A stretch of 64,000 bases of DNA. Source: Antedon mediterranea. Taxonomy: Eukaryota > Animalia > Echinodermata. Every line of letters begins with the position of its first letter. Positions within the stretch are counted from its first letter, which is position 1. Shown piece by piece: positions 1-12,481 of the stretch. A model generated the notes under the pieces. It saw only the letters and a list, made by a program, of their open reading frames with translations. It made no database searches and was not told where the DNA came from. Location of the stretch: assembly GCF_964355755.1 (NCBI RefSeq), contig NC_092670.1, positions 27,142,795 to 27,206,794 of the forward strand. The letters are read 5' to 3'. The translations under genes were made by a program, and so were the position numbers.

Positions 1-1431
1 CTACTAATATTGTACACAATTGATTACATCCTTTTTTAAGTAACACATATTCAATATTATAGTAAAACGTCTATACGTCAATACGTAGTTACGAGGCGGT
101 ATCCTCGCAACTAGGCTCATAGTTGTTTACCACTCCAACACATATGATATGAATAAAGCCTATCTTATTAAATAGTATCTCGCGCCCGCGCATATACAAC
201 AAAAAGTTACAAAGGTTCACATTTATATTAACGATTTTAAATTTTTTAAATTTACGAATTAAATAAATAAAAAATATAATTAAATACCGCTTGGCCCGTC
301 AATGATGGAGGGATAAAAATGGGGGCATGTTAAAACATTTACCTGGTTTTACTACTACGTTCGCGTACAATTTATCATTTGGATTTTTTAAGTTACATGT
401 AGGTTATGTTAAATTGTATTCATCAGTGACAACTCTAGGAAATTTACAGCAATTAGTTCTGATGCCTAAAATAGTAAAATGCTTTAAAACGTCGGAGCTT
501 ATTTTTTTGTATTTTTGGCTGTTGATTGTTTTGTTGGCACCCCCTAACTCTGCAACGATGATATCCATAATGCATCGTATTTCCATTTCACTGTTGTTGA
601 TTTACTACTAGCTAGAGTAGGTTATTAAAATAATACAATATAACCAAACCTAATATATGGGGGAAAGCTAGCTAGCTTATTTTCACAATGAGTGTACCAC
701 AGACTCTTTTCCTTGGCATATTTTTTCCAGGCCTAGTTAGTTTACTAGAGCTGCTGCAGTAGCTAGTTACTGCATGTTCGAACTATACAATTACAATATG
801 CCTATAGCCTAGCTAGCTAGAAGTCATCGAATTTACTACCTACTTTGGCCTACTGTAACTAGGCCTACATCCCATTTTTTATTTTTTTATGGCGAGTTAA
901 AACCCGTAGCAAAAAAAATCCTGTTGGACAACAACAATGATGATTGAAAATGAATTAAATCTGATCCATCCATGTGATGCATGCACGCAGCACACACAAC
1001 ACAGGCACGTTTTGGGCGAATTTATTTGGATCATTCCATATATATGAATAGGGAGCCACATCTATTCTACATTTTTATTACATCGTAATTTATGGATTTT
1101 ACTTACTCGTTTTAAATTTAATATACTGCGGGCCCAATTTAATATTTATTTATTTATTTCCAAGTACATTAATATTAGTTAAAGCACTTTCAAATTAATA
1201 GCACATTTTGTATGATTCACTTATTAATGGAACGTACCCAAGGTAAAGAAATAGCAGAGGGGATAAACAAGGCGGAACACAGCCTGGGTGGGTTTTTATG
1301 CTTGATAATAGAAAAATAACGTCTCGTAAAATACAGCACCAATTTTTTTCATTAGCGAAAACTTAATTTGGTTATCAATCGTAGTTGTCCAAAGCTGTAG
1401 TGGTCCTATGGGCCAATTGTAATTTTCTTTA

Positions 1432-1644
1432 GGTAGTTGTCCTAGAGGGTAGTTGTCCTAGGGGGTAGTTGTCCTAGGGGGTAGTTGTCCTAGGGGGTAG
1501 TTGTCCTAGGGGGTAGTTGTCCTAGGGGGTAGTTGTCCTAAGAGGGTAGTTGTCCTAAGAGGGTAGTTGTCCTAAAAGGGTAGTTGTCCTAGGAGGGTGA
1601 TTGTCCGGGTGGTAGTTGTCCAGGGGGTAGTTGTCCTAGACCCG
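1432..1644. repeat. 16-17 bp G-rich tandem repeat (GGTAGTTGTCCTAGGG)n, ~12 copies, probably subterminal repeats of a non-autonomous DNA transposon
   Basis: Unit directly visible; the array ends in ...CCTAGACCCG. Confidence 0.85.
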
Positions 1645-1645
1645 T

Positions 1646-1920
1646 CAACAATCACAAGGGTTATCCTACAACTTTGTTGGGGATAACCAAAAAGAAAAGA
1701 AAAAGAGATCTTGTACAATCACAAGGGTTATCTGGCAACTTTATTGCAGATAACCAAAAAGATGATGATCTTTGACAATCACAAGGGTTATCCTGCAACT
1801 TCGTTGCGGATAACCAAAAAAAGGAAAAAAAAAAAGATTGTGACAATAACAAGGAGGGGTTATCCGCAAAGTGTGGATAACCAAAAAGATTGTGACAATA
1901 ACAAGGGGTTATCCGCCAAG
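1646..1920. repeat. Degenerate ~50-65 bp tandem repeat (GACAATCACAAGGGTTATCC...GGATAACCAAAAA), ~5 copies
   Basis: Repeated units, each with an internal GGTTATCC/GGATAACC dyad. Confidence 0.75.
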
Positions 1921-1934
1921 TGCAGATACCAATT

Positions 1935-3368
1935 CTGGGGTAGCACTAACATTTCATTTTGTTTAGCCATTTGGCGAAAGTCAAAATGTTTTTTTTAGTC
2001 AAATCAGTTTATCTATAGCCAAAATGGCTAACGTCCAATTTGTTTATTTAGCCAAATGAATCGGTCATTAGCCAAAATCAAAAAATGTTGAAATATAATG
2101 GTAAAAACATTTTAGTTAATTTATCTATGTCAATAGGTCTATACACTGTTCCCTGAACGTTTTTGTAAGGCATTTGTTGGGAATTAGAGAGAGCCATGCC
2201 TAAATCACTGTATATATGATTAAAAACATAATTGTTGTTGTATTTTATATGATCAAAACAATTGTTCAAATTGTTTTTAATCATACAGCATTCATACAGT
2301 TATCAATTTAATAAAAAACATTTTACAGTTTTCTGAAATCCCCTGAACGCTATGTTATTTTTGTTTTTTACGCTTGGCTGGTGGCTTCCGTACCACGCAA
2401 AAATCGTGTCCTAAGACTTTCACGGTCACCGCCGCGCAGCGGGTGAATGTGTTTAAATTGGGTATGCTCAAGAGATGCAAAAGTGCAGTTAGCGCAGGCC
2501 TAGGCCTACAAAATTATGTACAACGGTGCATGGACGGTGCGTTGTATTATGCTAAAAATATATCTAGCAAACGAACACTTGTTTGTATCGTTGTTGAACG
2601 TGCAGATTATATAGGCCAAAGCACAGGGAAAAAGCGTTTCTGTCGGGGGAGAAATTTATACCATCCCGGCCCAATTAATACCCAACAACACAGAAGCTGG
2701 CGGCCGGCCTTGCTGTTTATATAGTCCGCAATAAATGCACGTGTGTGTGTGTTTAGCTAAATCTCCGTTAGACTCTACCATTTTCCGAATGTTGTTTTGT
2801 ACTGACGCACTGCACGCATGAGGAAACTTTGTTAAGGGTAAAATATGAAACTACATTATTGGAGCCTAAAATTTATAACGCATAAATATTGATTTCGATA
2901 AGATCATTCATTGAAGATACTATGTTTCTTTTAAATCTGAAAAGTACACCCCTATCGAAAAATAGACAATCCTGGTAAATAGCGACCGTCGGCTGTCGTC
3001 GATCGTTTGTGCAGCGCAACATGTGATAGTTTGGGTAGACTCCATCATGCATGTGTCGTGTAATGTCTGTCTCTCTGTGCAGTATACCTCCATCATATTG
3101 AAATAACAAAGAGACGCCTGGTACAACGAAACAAGTTGACGAAAATGGAGCTAGATAGAAGTAAACAACATTATAACGAACAAAATAAATGCTTGAAGAA
3201 GATCGACAAATGGACCTTAGTTGGACTTTATGCTTTCGCCAAAATGATTATTTGATTATCTATTTTATCATGTCTTCGCCAAAATGGCTAAAGTAGCCAT
3301 TTTATTTTTCGCCAATCTGGAAACGTTTTCGCCCATGGCGACTTGGCGATCGGCCAGTGCGAGCCCAG
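1935..3368. mobile_element. Non-autonomous TIR DNA transposon with 5-bp TSD (hAT5-like?)
   Basis: Imperfect TIRs CTGGGGTAGCACT / AGTGCGAGCCCAG; CAATT on both flanks (1930-1934, 3369-3373); subterminal TTCGCCA/TAGCCA motifs at both ends. Confidence 0.6.
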
Positions 3369-3582
3369 CAATTAGATTAGTATAATTATAAACAATCATA
3401 TTTTTACGGTAATTTTGAAAAGCACATCCTCACCTGTAATAAAGTAATGAAATATATAATTAGCATAATACTCATCGTCTAAAAATATCCAAACGGTAAA
3501 ATAAATAATTTACAATAGGCGTACCTAGGCCTTATATAAAAACGATCACGAAATAAGATCATGAAAATGTATTTAGTGCGCC

Positions 3583-3611
3583 CATAGAGATATTATAGTG
3601 ATATCTCTATG
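3583..3611. mobile_element. 29-bp palindromic remnant (CATAGAGATAT...ATATCTCTATG) with 7-bp TSD; P-like footprint or micro-MITE
   Basis: Perfect 11-bp inverted ends CA...TG; GTGCGCC duplicated at 3576-3582 and 3612-3618. Confidence 0.7.
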
Positions 3612-3769
3612 GTGCGCCAAATACAGAATAGCCTAGCACGATACAATAAAAACCCCAATCAATTTAAAAAACACAACCGAGGCCGATATGATAAATAAAA
3701 ATACATAGCATGAGTGGCGCACGCCATAAAAAATTCCAAAAGTTGGTTTAATTGCTACCAAAATAAAAC

Positions 3770-3900
3770 CTGCCCGATCGTTTTATTTGTTGGGCCTGAT
3801 CGTCTTAAAACCTTGTTGGGCCCGATCGTCTTAAAACCTTGTTGGGCCCGATCGTCTTACAATGGGCCTGATTGACCGTGGCCCCGATCGTCTGTTTCCC
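3770..3900. repeat. ~26-bp tandem repeat (GGGCCCGATCGTCTTAAAACCTTGTT), likely a transposon subterminal array
   Basis: About five visible GATCGT-containing units. Confidence 0.7.
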
Positions 3901-5070
3901 CTACTTGGCCAAGCCTAGGTATATTAAGTAGCATATTATAAGTATAAATCTGTCACTCCAAAGTTTGTATTTGGTGTTGTGCGGTCCTACTAACTAAACA
4001 CCACCAGATACCTACAAGAGCAACAAATCCAACCACCAGAGAGAAGCCACCTGCTTGGAATATTACAAATCTCAGGAACTGATGATAAAATTGAAGTTAA
4101 AAAAGTGTATTTCTCGCCGTCGCAATTCCAGAATCGAATGCGTTTAATCACCATAATAGTAACGAAACGAACGCGTTCATCCGTGTGTATTGTGTTCAGT
4201 TGTCAACTGTGAGGCGCTACCGATGCATTTATTTGGTCAAATAAATCACTATAACATTTTTAAAAAAATAACGCTTTCGTTTATCAGTCAACTGCTCTCA
4301 CAGCATTTATATGGTCAAATAAATAAATTCTTTATCATTTAATAATAAATAATACTTTAAAACTATGTTCACACAATTTGTCTTTTTTTTAATGAAACCA
4401 GAATTGTCTAGTACGGTCATTTCAGTAATCCGACATGCCCTTCTGTCAGTGATATTATTTTGTTTAATAATGATTTCGTCGTTTTGATCATCTAAAATTG
4501 TACCCAAAGTATTTATTCAGACACAATCCAAATATGTTAACATTTTCGATTTTCAGGTAATTATTCTTCCGAAAGTCGATTACCATTATAAAATTCGTTA
4601 GGGTTCCGTATGTAAAAAAAGAGTAGGATTATATTTTTAATCTGATATTACTGTGTATTTTATATATAGCAAGCCATCAGCAATAATATAATTATTACAT
4701 CATAACATGCAATAACTAAATGAATAAAATAATTGTGTTAAATTGTGATTTTTAGTCAAGCGTTTTCAGCTTACATTCCCGTCACCATCTCAAATTCTCT
4801 GTATATACTGGTTCAAATAACCGTCTCACGGAGACATCTGGTAGTCATTGACTTGAAGTTGGCATTTGGATGTGTTACTTTTTAATGTACAGTATGAGAG
4901 TGACTATTACGAAATTGCACAGTCACAAAACAACTATAAAACAGTTCAAAAATAAAACAGACAAATTTCTTGTTTCTGCCTCAAAATAAAATACTTATTG
5001 TACGAGTACTTTCGACCATAGGTCATCATCAGGTACTGATAGAATATTGGTAAAAGACAAATACATATAG

Positions 5071-5876
5071 AACAAGGCCAACAGCCATTAAGTCGCGTGC
5101 TACAATGCATAGTGATACCGGACCGACAGACAGACCGACAGACAGACAGACCGACAGACAGACAGAGAGACCGACCGACCGACATAGTGAACTATACTGA
5201 CCGAAATTACTGAACATGTTTAAAAATGTTGAAATGTTTAAAAACATTTATTTTTTTTTAATTTACACGTGCGTAGCCTGTCACTTTCGACGTGCTCGTA
5301 TAACGTAATTTCGAGTTGAAAAGTAAGTCAAGAAAACAGAAATCGGGCAAAAAGAGTGCGCAAGAACATTTAACGCGCAGTGCGCGCGCAAAAATATGCG
5401 CACTCATGGCAATTTTGTAAACGCTTAAAATTGCCTGAAATGTACTCTTATTTCATCGAAAATAAATTTTGAAAATGTTAAGCGCGCGTACGCATGCGTT
5501 ACATGCGCTACGCACGTAATTGTATTGCCATATGATGATTTATGCCCTGAAATTTATGAGTACCAAATTTTATTTAATTGTGATTCATGGTTGTGAAGAT
5601 ATGATTACAAACGTGATTTCGTTAAATCGTGCGTAGACCGCGTAATTTTTTATTGCGCACCGTGAAAACATAACCACATTGATTCCTGGCCATAAGGAAT
5701 ATACTGTGAAAAATTGACCTAGCTAGATTAAACTGATATCAAGATAAGGTCAGAAAGCGATAAAACGCATAGTGATACCGGACCGACAGACAGACAGACC
5801 GACAGACAGACCGACAGACAGACAGACCGACCGACCGACATAGTGAACTATAGAGTCGCTTCCACGCGACTAAAAA
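5071..5876 (-). mobile_element. Helentron-associated non-autonomous element (HINE/DINE-1-like)
   Basis: Minus strand starts TTTTTAGTCGCGTGGAAGCGACTCTATAG (subTIR plus short IR); inverted subTIR AGTCGCGTG at ~5090; ends CTTGTT; duplicated core with (GACA/GACC)n microsatellite at 5107-5195 and 5767-5850. Confidence 0.7.
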
Positions 5877-5901
5877 GGGTACACTAGAAAACAAAGGAGT
5901 C

Positions 5902-5983
5902 TATAATTTCCAGCAATGTTTTAACTGTATATATAAAACAGTTCATAAAATTATATACAGTTTAAACATTGCTGGAAATTATA
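5902..5983. repeat. 82-bp hairpin/foldback
   Basis: TATAATTTCCAGCAATGTTTTAACTGTATAT pairs with ATATACAGTTTAAACATTGCTGGAAATTATA. Confidence 0.75.
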
Positions 5984-6002
5984 AATTTCTGTTGAAGCAG
6001 GC

Positions 6003-6180
6003 TCAAATGAAGTTGCATCTAGTAAGTTGACTTTGTTGTACAACTCTATCAAGTACTGATGGTATCTTCCGACCTCTTCGTTTACTTTGTGTTCTGTGAA
6101 AAGTAAGAATTTTTGTAGGATCTTCATTTTCTTTTCTAATTACATGTCCGATCCAGTTGAATTGTTGCTTGTAGACATAT
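6003..6180 (-). pseudogene. 3' fragment of an RTE-like LINE ORF (post-RT C-terminus)
   Basis: QFNWIGHVIRKENEDPTKIL...RRGRK matches the W-x-GHV-x-R ... RxxGR pattern of RTE C-termini. Confidence 0.6.
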
Positions 6181-7659
6181 TCACCTAGCTGGAGAAAAAT
6201 GTACAAAGACATCTTCAAAAAATTGGCACAAAAGAAAATGGCGCAAAACATCATCAATGAAGGCTACTTTTGCAAAACAAGGTTTAATTGAATTAAACCT
6301 TGAAAACGAACATGACATGAAAAATGTCGATATTACTAAAGAAAAAAATCCTGATTTTGTTAAAATACGCTATTTTGCTGCTGAAATCAAACACATGGTT
6401 GCCGTTTGATTTGAAGAAATGAATAAAAATATGCATATATAAAAATTAATATTAGGCTTAATTCACTTCTTTTAAACAGAACATAAATTTAGGTAACTAC
6501 ATTAGCTCCCCTCTAATGAGATTCGGCAGAAGGGAACGAAAATAAAGTTTTATAAATAAGTTAAACGTCTTGGGTAGTGAACCTGTTTCCTTGAACGTGT
6601 ACGGCGTTCCGTTGGCAGGTCTGGTAACAAAAATACAGAATCCTCCATATATAGTAGAGGCTATATGGTTTGACCATGCTACCAAATATTCATTTTTTTG
6701 TATAAAAGTAATCAAATTATGCACATTTTCCTCCGGACATTTTTGTGGTAAAAGTTGTGTTAGACCGAATATAAATATGTATATTCTGAACAATTTGACA
6801 CCAAAAGCAAATCTGTATGACAAGTGGTTGTCGAGATATAAGAACCACACATTTCTAACCTTTGACCCCGATTTTGGGCATGTTCGTCCCAGATAATAAA
6901 TTTGGCACATATCCCATGTTGTTCCTTGGGTCAAATTATCCTATAACAGTTATATATAGTTATAACAGAGATATTCTCTCCTAAATAAAATGCATACAAA
7001 TCTTACCCAGGTCATAGACTATCAGTAGTTATTAATGAATAAAGGTCAATGACCCGACTATCTCACTTTATTTTGTTGTTTGACCACTAAAACATAGATG
7101 TAGACACCACATTTGTCTTTTTAAACCCAGGAGTTGAGGAGTTATGAGCCATCAAATGCCCCAAAAAGGTCACTGAACTTTGACCCTCAATATCTCACTA
7201 GAAGCAACTAGAAGGCTGCACAAATTTATGGTAATTATTCACACCTAAAACAAAATACCAAAAGACCTTTTATTAGAATTTTTTCAAGGTTACATAGGAT
7301 ACATGTCACATATAGCCGGTACTAATACGCAACTTTCAGACGATCAACAGAAATGACGTCTTCTCGGCTATTCTTGGTAAGTCTGTAAATTAATAAATCG
7401 ACCCCATCCTAAATTTGGAGTTGGATCACAGTTTCCTATCCAAAGTACATACATATAGCAAATGTATTTGGCGCCGTCAAAATACTTCCACCATATACAT
7501 TATGTAGGCACAACAAGTCTACTTCACTTTAGAAATGAAGGAGAATGTTAAAAAATAGTTTTCCTGCAGTTCCTAAATTGTTCGCATAGTATAATATCAT
7601 TTGCAGTTATAACATAATATACTGTATGACGTCACAACTACCGTTTGACGTCATATGTA

Positions 7660-8068
7660 TGTAGCGATACTCTAAAAGCAGTATTAATATTTTATTGTAT
7701 TTAAGTTCATATTTACTTAGTAGCTTGTATATCCTCAATGATCATGCCTTAGTTTGATTTTACACATTCCAATCTCTGAATTAATTAAGACTGTACCTCC
7801 TTTATCTAGGTTTCCATAACAACTGGTCCATTTTGTGGGTTTTGTGGTGGGGAATAAGAAAGTTTTATAGCCTGTCTTTTCTAGAAATACTGTGAAATTG
7901 GATAGATCAGTCAGATCTGTGTAGTTAGTATTGAGTTTTAAAAGTAAGCAGTTGTGTTATAATTAATAAAAGCATTTTGTATTGGAATTCTGTGTTTTAT
8001 CGATTTTGTAGCTGAAATTGAGAACCTGGGTTTAAGTTATTATTGTCATTATTTTGTGAAGGGCTACA
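7660..8068 (+). repeat. 5' LTR of Gypsy A (409 bp)
   Basis: TGTAGC...GCTACA termini, AATAAA at ~7966, direct repeat of 20960-21360. Confidence 0.95.
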
Positions 8069-8070
8069 AT

Positions 8071-8088
8071 TGGTGCCGTGACCAGGAT
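8071..8088 (+). promoter_or_regulatory. Primer-binding site, tRNA-His
   Basis: TGGTGCCGTGACCAGGAT 2 nt after the LTR; near-complement of the tRNA-His 3' end (TGGTGCCGTGACTCGGAT). Confidence 0.85.
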
Positions 8089-8132
8089 TTGTTTTGTTAA
8101 ACACATTTTAATCTACAATAGAATATACTGTA

Positions 8133-9209
8133 TTGGATATGACAGGATATGAAGATACCCGATGTGAAACTGTTCAACCAGAAAATTCGCCATTATGGGA
8201 GAGAAATAGTTACTATACTACCCCGATGAGACCGGATGTGTCTCAAAGCCTAGAAACTCCAGGCCAACCTCGATTACCAAGACCAGTTCAGGGGTATAAT
8301 ACAGCGGTAAAACCATTATTACCAGTGCCAAAATCAGTACAAATTTACACCCCGGCACACCAACTAAAAGGAGTACCAATATTTACGGGACAATCACCCA
8401 ACCTACTGATTGAGGATTGGACCAGAGATGATCAACATATCTTAAGCTGTAGCAACATGCCTAGTCACCTACAGTTTTCAACAATAGTTAGAAATCTGGG
8501 AGGAACTGCACGGAAGCTGGTGTTGAACTTACCGTCGAGAGAATGCCAGACACCAGAAAGAGCATTCAAAGAACTAAAAGAACAATTCGGAAATGTGTCC
8601 TCTGGTGACCCCTTCTACCAGAGAACACAAAGACAGGGTGAGTCTGCTAGTTTTTATGCCATTGAACTAGAAGCAGTATTACGAGATGTGGAGGAGAAAC
8701 TTGGGCGAGGTCCCATGTATGAAAGGGATCGAATGTTGACACAACAATTAATGCGGGGAATGTACGACCAAGAAGTAGTTGGACGAATAGCGCCCATGAG
8801 ACCGAGGTCTATGAAATTTCGTTCTGTTCTATCAGAGATAAGACTACTAGAACGAGAACGAAAGCAGCAACCGTGCGCACTACACCTAGCCCCTCCCATA
8901 ACGCCGACAAATGCCAAAGGATCCAGTGAGGACGCGTCGATGCACAGATTAGTTACGGAGATGGAGAGGAAAATAAGCTTAGCAAAGGAAGCGGCGCAAC
9001 AACGGCCCAACACGACACAACCTAGGGCACTGGAATGCTACGGCTGCGGCCAAATTGGACACATTCGACGATTTTGCCCAAATGCGCCGACGGGAAACGG
9101 CAGGTCACCACAACAGTATGGTGGGTTGGTGGTGAAAAGCACACACCCAAAGGACAGACATATCTTGTCGGGCCAACTAATCAAGCAGAAATATCAATTC
9201 ATGGAGTAA
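8133..9209 (+). CDS. gag: Gag (PNMA-like capsid plus CCHC zinc knuckle) of Gypsy A
   Basis: 358 aa; FYQRTQRQGESASFYAIELE MHR-like segment; CYGCGQIGHIRRFC knuckle; lies directly after the PBS. Confidence 0.88.
   Translation: MDMTGYEDTRCETVQPENSPLWERNSYYTTPMRPDVSQSLETPGQPRLPRPVQGYNTAVKPLLPVPKSVQIYTPAHQLKGVPIFTGQSPNLLIEDWTRDDQHILSCSNMPSHLQFSTIVRNLGGTARKLVLNLPSRECQTPERAFKELKEQFGNVSSGDPFYQRTQRQGESASFYAIELEAVLRDVEEKLGRGPMYERDRMLTQQLMRGMYDQEVVGRIAPMRPRSMKFRSVLSEIRLLERERKQQPCALHLAPPITPTNAKGSSEDASMHRLVTEMERKISLAKEAAQQRPNTTQPRALECYGCGQIGHIRRFCPNAPTGNGRSPQQYGGLVVKSTHPKDRHILSGQLIKQKYQFME
9092..9150 (+). promoter_or_regulatory. Putative -1 programmed ribosomal frameshift signal (gag to pol)
   Basis: G GGA AAC in the gag frame, 6-nt spacer, stem TCACCAC...GTGGTGA; the -1 frame leads into the protease (CNALIDS). 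Confidence 0.7.
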
Positions 9210-9279
9210 AATGTAACGCCCTTATTGATTCTTTCCCAGAGTCTCTAAAAGTCACCCATGTTCGACCCACAGGTCTAGA

Positions 9280-10646
9280 TCCCGAGATTCTGAAAAACTA
9301 CAGACCTATCTCGAATCTTAGTTTTTTTAGGAAAAATAATTGAGAAGGTTGTTTCTAAACGGATTTTGTCGCATGTACAAAAACATGGCCTACTTGATCC
9401 GTATCAATCTGCCTACAAAGCGCATCACAGTACTGAAACGGCATTACTTCGTGTAAATAATGACATCCTACGTGGGATGGATGATGGAAAGCTAACTGCT
9501 CTAGTATTATTAGATTTAAGTGCAGCATTTGATACGGTTGATCATTCTGTGTTGCTAAATAGACTCAGTACTTATATTGGTATTGAAGGAAATGCACTTG
9601 ATTGGTGTCGGTCATATTTGGAAAAACGACCTCAACACGTATGTATTGGTGATGCTATTTCAAAAGCTTCTTTTCTAAACTTTTCGGTACCACAAGGATC
9701 TGTTCTTGGGCCGCAATGGTTTACTATTTATTTACACCCAATACGGTATATCATAAGTAAATATGATCTGTGCTATCATGTTTATGCTGATGATACTCAG
9801 ATTTATATTTCTTTTAAACCTACTATGAAACACAGTGACATTTCTTTGGAATTGCTCCAACATTGTATCTATGAATTGCGTGTCTGGATGAAAAACACCT
9901 TTCTTAAATTAAATGATGAAAAAACAAAATTTGTTCTCTTTGGATCAAAACAGCAGTTGGAAAAACTGCCACCAAGCTTTATTCACATTGGTGAAACCCA
10001 AATTGACCCGGCTAGGCAGGTTAGAAATCTTGGGGTTGAAATGGATGTGGGTATGACTATGATTTCTCATATCTCAAAAACTATTTCTGCGTCGTCTTTT
10101 CACTTGCGAAACATTCGAAGGATTCGCAAGTTTATAAATGAGACAGCAGCTAAACAACTTGTTCATGCTTTTGTCAGTTCACTACTAGATATGGGAAACT
10201 CTTTGCTATACGGGCTACCACAAAAACAACTCCACAGGCTCCAACTGATTCAAAATACAGCGGCACGAGTTGTTAAAAAATCACCAACATATGGACACAT
10301 ATCAAATACATTGGAAATATTGCATTGGCTCCCTGTTAGGTACCGCATTGTTTTTAAAATATTACTCTTTGTTTTTAAGTCTATAAATGGCATGGCTCCT
10401 GAATATATTTCTGACATGCTTAGGCTGTATGTTCCCGGACGTAATCTGCGTTCTAGTGACTCGCTGCTTCTACATCAGCCTAAGTCTCACCACTCATGGG
10501 GTGACAGAGCATTCTCCGTTACTGCTCCTCGTCTGTGGAATGCTCTACCGAGCTCCATAAGATTTTGCAAAACTGTTGATACTTTTAAAAAATTATTAAA
10601 AACACATTTATTCATTAAGGCATATGGAAATCATGAGGTTTCTTAA
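9280..10646 (+). pseudogene. Reverse transcriptase (ORF2 3' part) of L2-like LINE-a
   Basis: NYRPISNL, LLDLSAAFDTVDH, VPQGSVLGP, YADDTQ, LHWLP; frameshift near 9340 and 5' truncation. Confidence 0.9.
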
Positions 10647-10924
10647 AGTTTTTTAGACTTAGAATTGTTTTGTATACCTTTTCCTGGCCAGCATTATCTT
10701 TGGGGTGCCTCTGTCTTGGTTGTTGTCTCTGAGCACCCGGTCGTCTGTGGCAAGGCAAATGTGTATCCTGCTCCTTTGTTTGGTCACCTAGGTAGGGGTC
10801 CGGGACCGCGACAGAACGACAACGGATGGGGACCCTCCAAGGAAATTGCATTTTATTTGTCAGGAATGTATATGATTTATTTCTTTTTTATTTTTAAATG
10901 CGCCTTGAGCACTCTGGAGTGGTT

Positions 10925-12481
10925 ATGTTTTTCTACCATGTAAATGAGGAGGAAGTGTTAAAAGTGATTCAATCACTTGATGCAAACAAAACACCTGGTT
11001 TTGATGATATTTCACCAAAGGTAGTCAAGGCAGTTGGTGATGCTATTGTAAAGCCCTTGACTTATATATTCAACGTATCTCTTCACTCCGGCTCAATACC
11101 GGAACAGATAAAAATTGCAAAAGTAATTCCCATATACAAAAAAGGGGACCGTCATTTAGCCTCGAATTATCGCCCGATATCACTACTACCAATTTTCTCT
11201 AAAATCTTTGAAAAGATAGTCCATTCCAGATTGTATAATTACTTTAAAACTTACAATATACTAAATGATTGGCAATACGGCTTCCGAAACAATCATTCAA
11301 CCTCCCACGCTATAATTGATCTGATCCACAAAATACTAAAGGCATTTGAAAACAAAAAGTTCGTAATTGCCACATTTATGGATTTGTCAAAGGCATTTGA
11401 TATTATTGACCACAGTATCTTACTGAACAAGCTATTCCACTATGGTATAAGAGGTGTTACACTAAAATGGTTCAGTAACTACTTAAAATCACGAAAGCAA
11501 TATGTTTTTATAAATGGTACTTCGTCTAATATTAAGGAGACTAGTATTGGTGTTCCACAAGGGTCCGTTTTGGGACCTTTGTTGTTTCTTGTATATGTAA
11601 ACGATATATGTAACTCAAGTACACAAATTGAATTAATTAGCTTTGCCGATGATACAACAGGATTCAAGTGTGGAAATAACCTGAACGCATTGGCAAACAC
11701 TATGAATGTGGAACTAGATAGAATTAATATGTGGTTCAAAGCTAATAAACTTTTATTAAACACCAGCAAAACAAATTACGTAATCTTTAAAACTGCCCAA
11801 AGGCGTATTATTACAACCAACATTGAATTGAAAATGAATAACATTACTTTAGAACAACAAAAAAATGTAACATTTCTTGGGGTTGTAATAAATGAGAACC
11901 TTTGCTGGAAAAATCATATAAGGCTTATTAGCAAAAAAACCGCTAGGTCTATTGGAATATTGATAAAAACTAGACATTTTTTTCCTAATTATATTTTAAC
12001 AAATTTGTATAATACATTAATTCTACCGCACCTTCAGTATGGAAACATTATTTGGGGCAGTACATATGATAGTACACTAGAATCCCTTCTTAAACTCCAG
12101 AAAAAGGCTGCTAGAATAATTTTATTTAAAAAGCCATGGCAACATTCTGAGCCACTGTTTAAGCAATTAAATATACTTAACATACAAGATATCAACAGAG
12201 TTACCGTCCTAGGTTTCATGGCCCAGATTAAAAGCAATGTTTTACCCAGACGAATCCAAATGATATTCAAAAGAAACGAAAATACTACCCATAATCTTCG
12301 AAATATTTGTAGCGTAAAACAACCATACTCTAGGTTAACGTCTGGTCAACATTTTATCAGTATTCACGGACCGAAACTATGGAACGAGCTCTGTAGAAAT
12401 CACTTAGATATTGTTAACAAAAATTATAAAATACTAAAAAAATATGTAAAAAGAGACATTTTATCGAATTACAGAACTTAA
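10925..12481 (+). CDS. RT domain of LINE-b (open frame, 5'-truncated)
   Basis: NYRPISLL, DLSKAFD, GVPQGSVLGP, FADDT. Confidence 0.88.
   Translation: MFFYHVNEEEVLKVIQSLDANKTPGFDDISPKVVKAVGDAIVKPLTYIFNVSLHSGSIPEQIKIAKVIPIYKKGDRHLASNYRPISLLPIFSKIFEKIVHSRLYNYFKTYNILNDWQYGFRNNHSTSHAIIDLIHKILKAFENKKFVIATFMDLSKAFDIIDHSILLNKLFHYGIRGVTLKWFSNYLKSRKQYVFINGTSSNIKETSIGVPQGSVLGPLLFLVYVNDICNSSTQIELISFADDTTGFKCGNNLNALANTMNVELDRINMWFKANKLLLNTSKTNYVIFKTAQRRIITTNIELKMNNITLEQQKNVTFLGVVINENLCWKNHIRLISKKTARSIGILIKTRHFFPNYILTNLYNTLILPHLQYGNIIWGSTYDSTLESLLKLQKKAARIILFKKPWQHSEPLFKQLNILNIQDINRVTVLGFMAQIKSNVLPRRIQMIFKRNENTTHNLRNICSVKQPYSRLTSGQHFISIHGPKLWNELCRNHLDIVNKNYKILKKYVKRDILSNYRT

Noticed and set aside
1432-1644. 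Telomeric repeat
   Set aside because: The unit is 16-17 bp and interstitial, not TTAGGG/TTAGG.
6278-6302. 25-bp palindrome CAAGGTTTAATTGAATTAAACCTTG as another P-like footprint
   Set aside because: No 7-8 bp TSD in the flanks; left unassigned.
327-6934. Short ORFs as host genes
   Set aside because: No recognisable domains apart from the RTE fragment; they overlap repeats and microsatellites.
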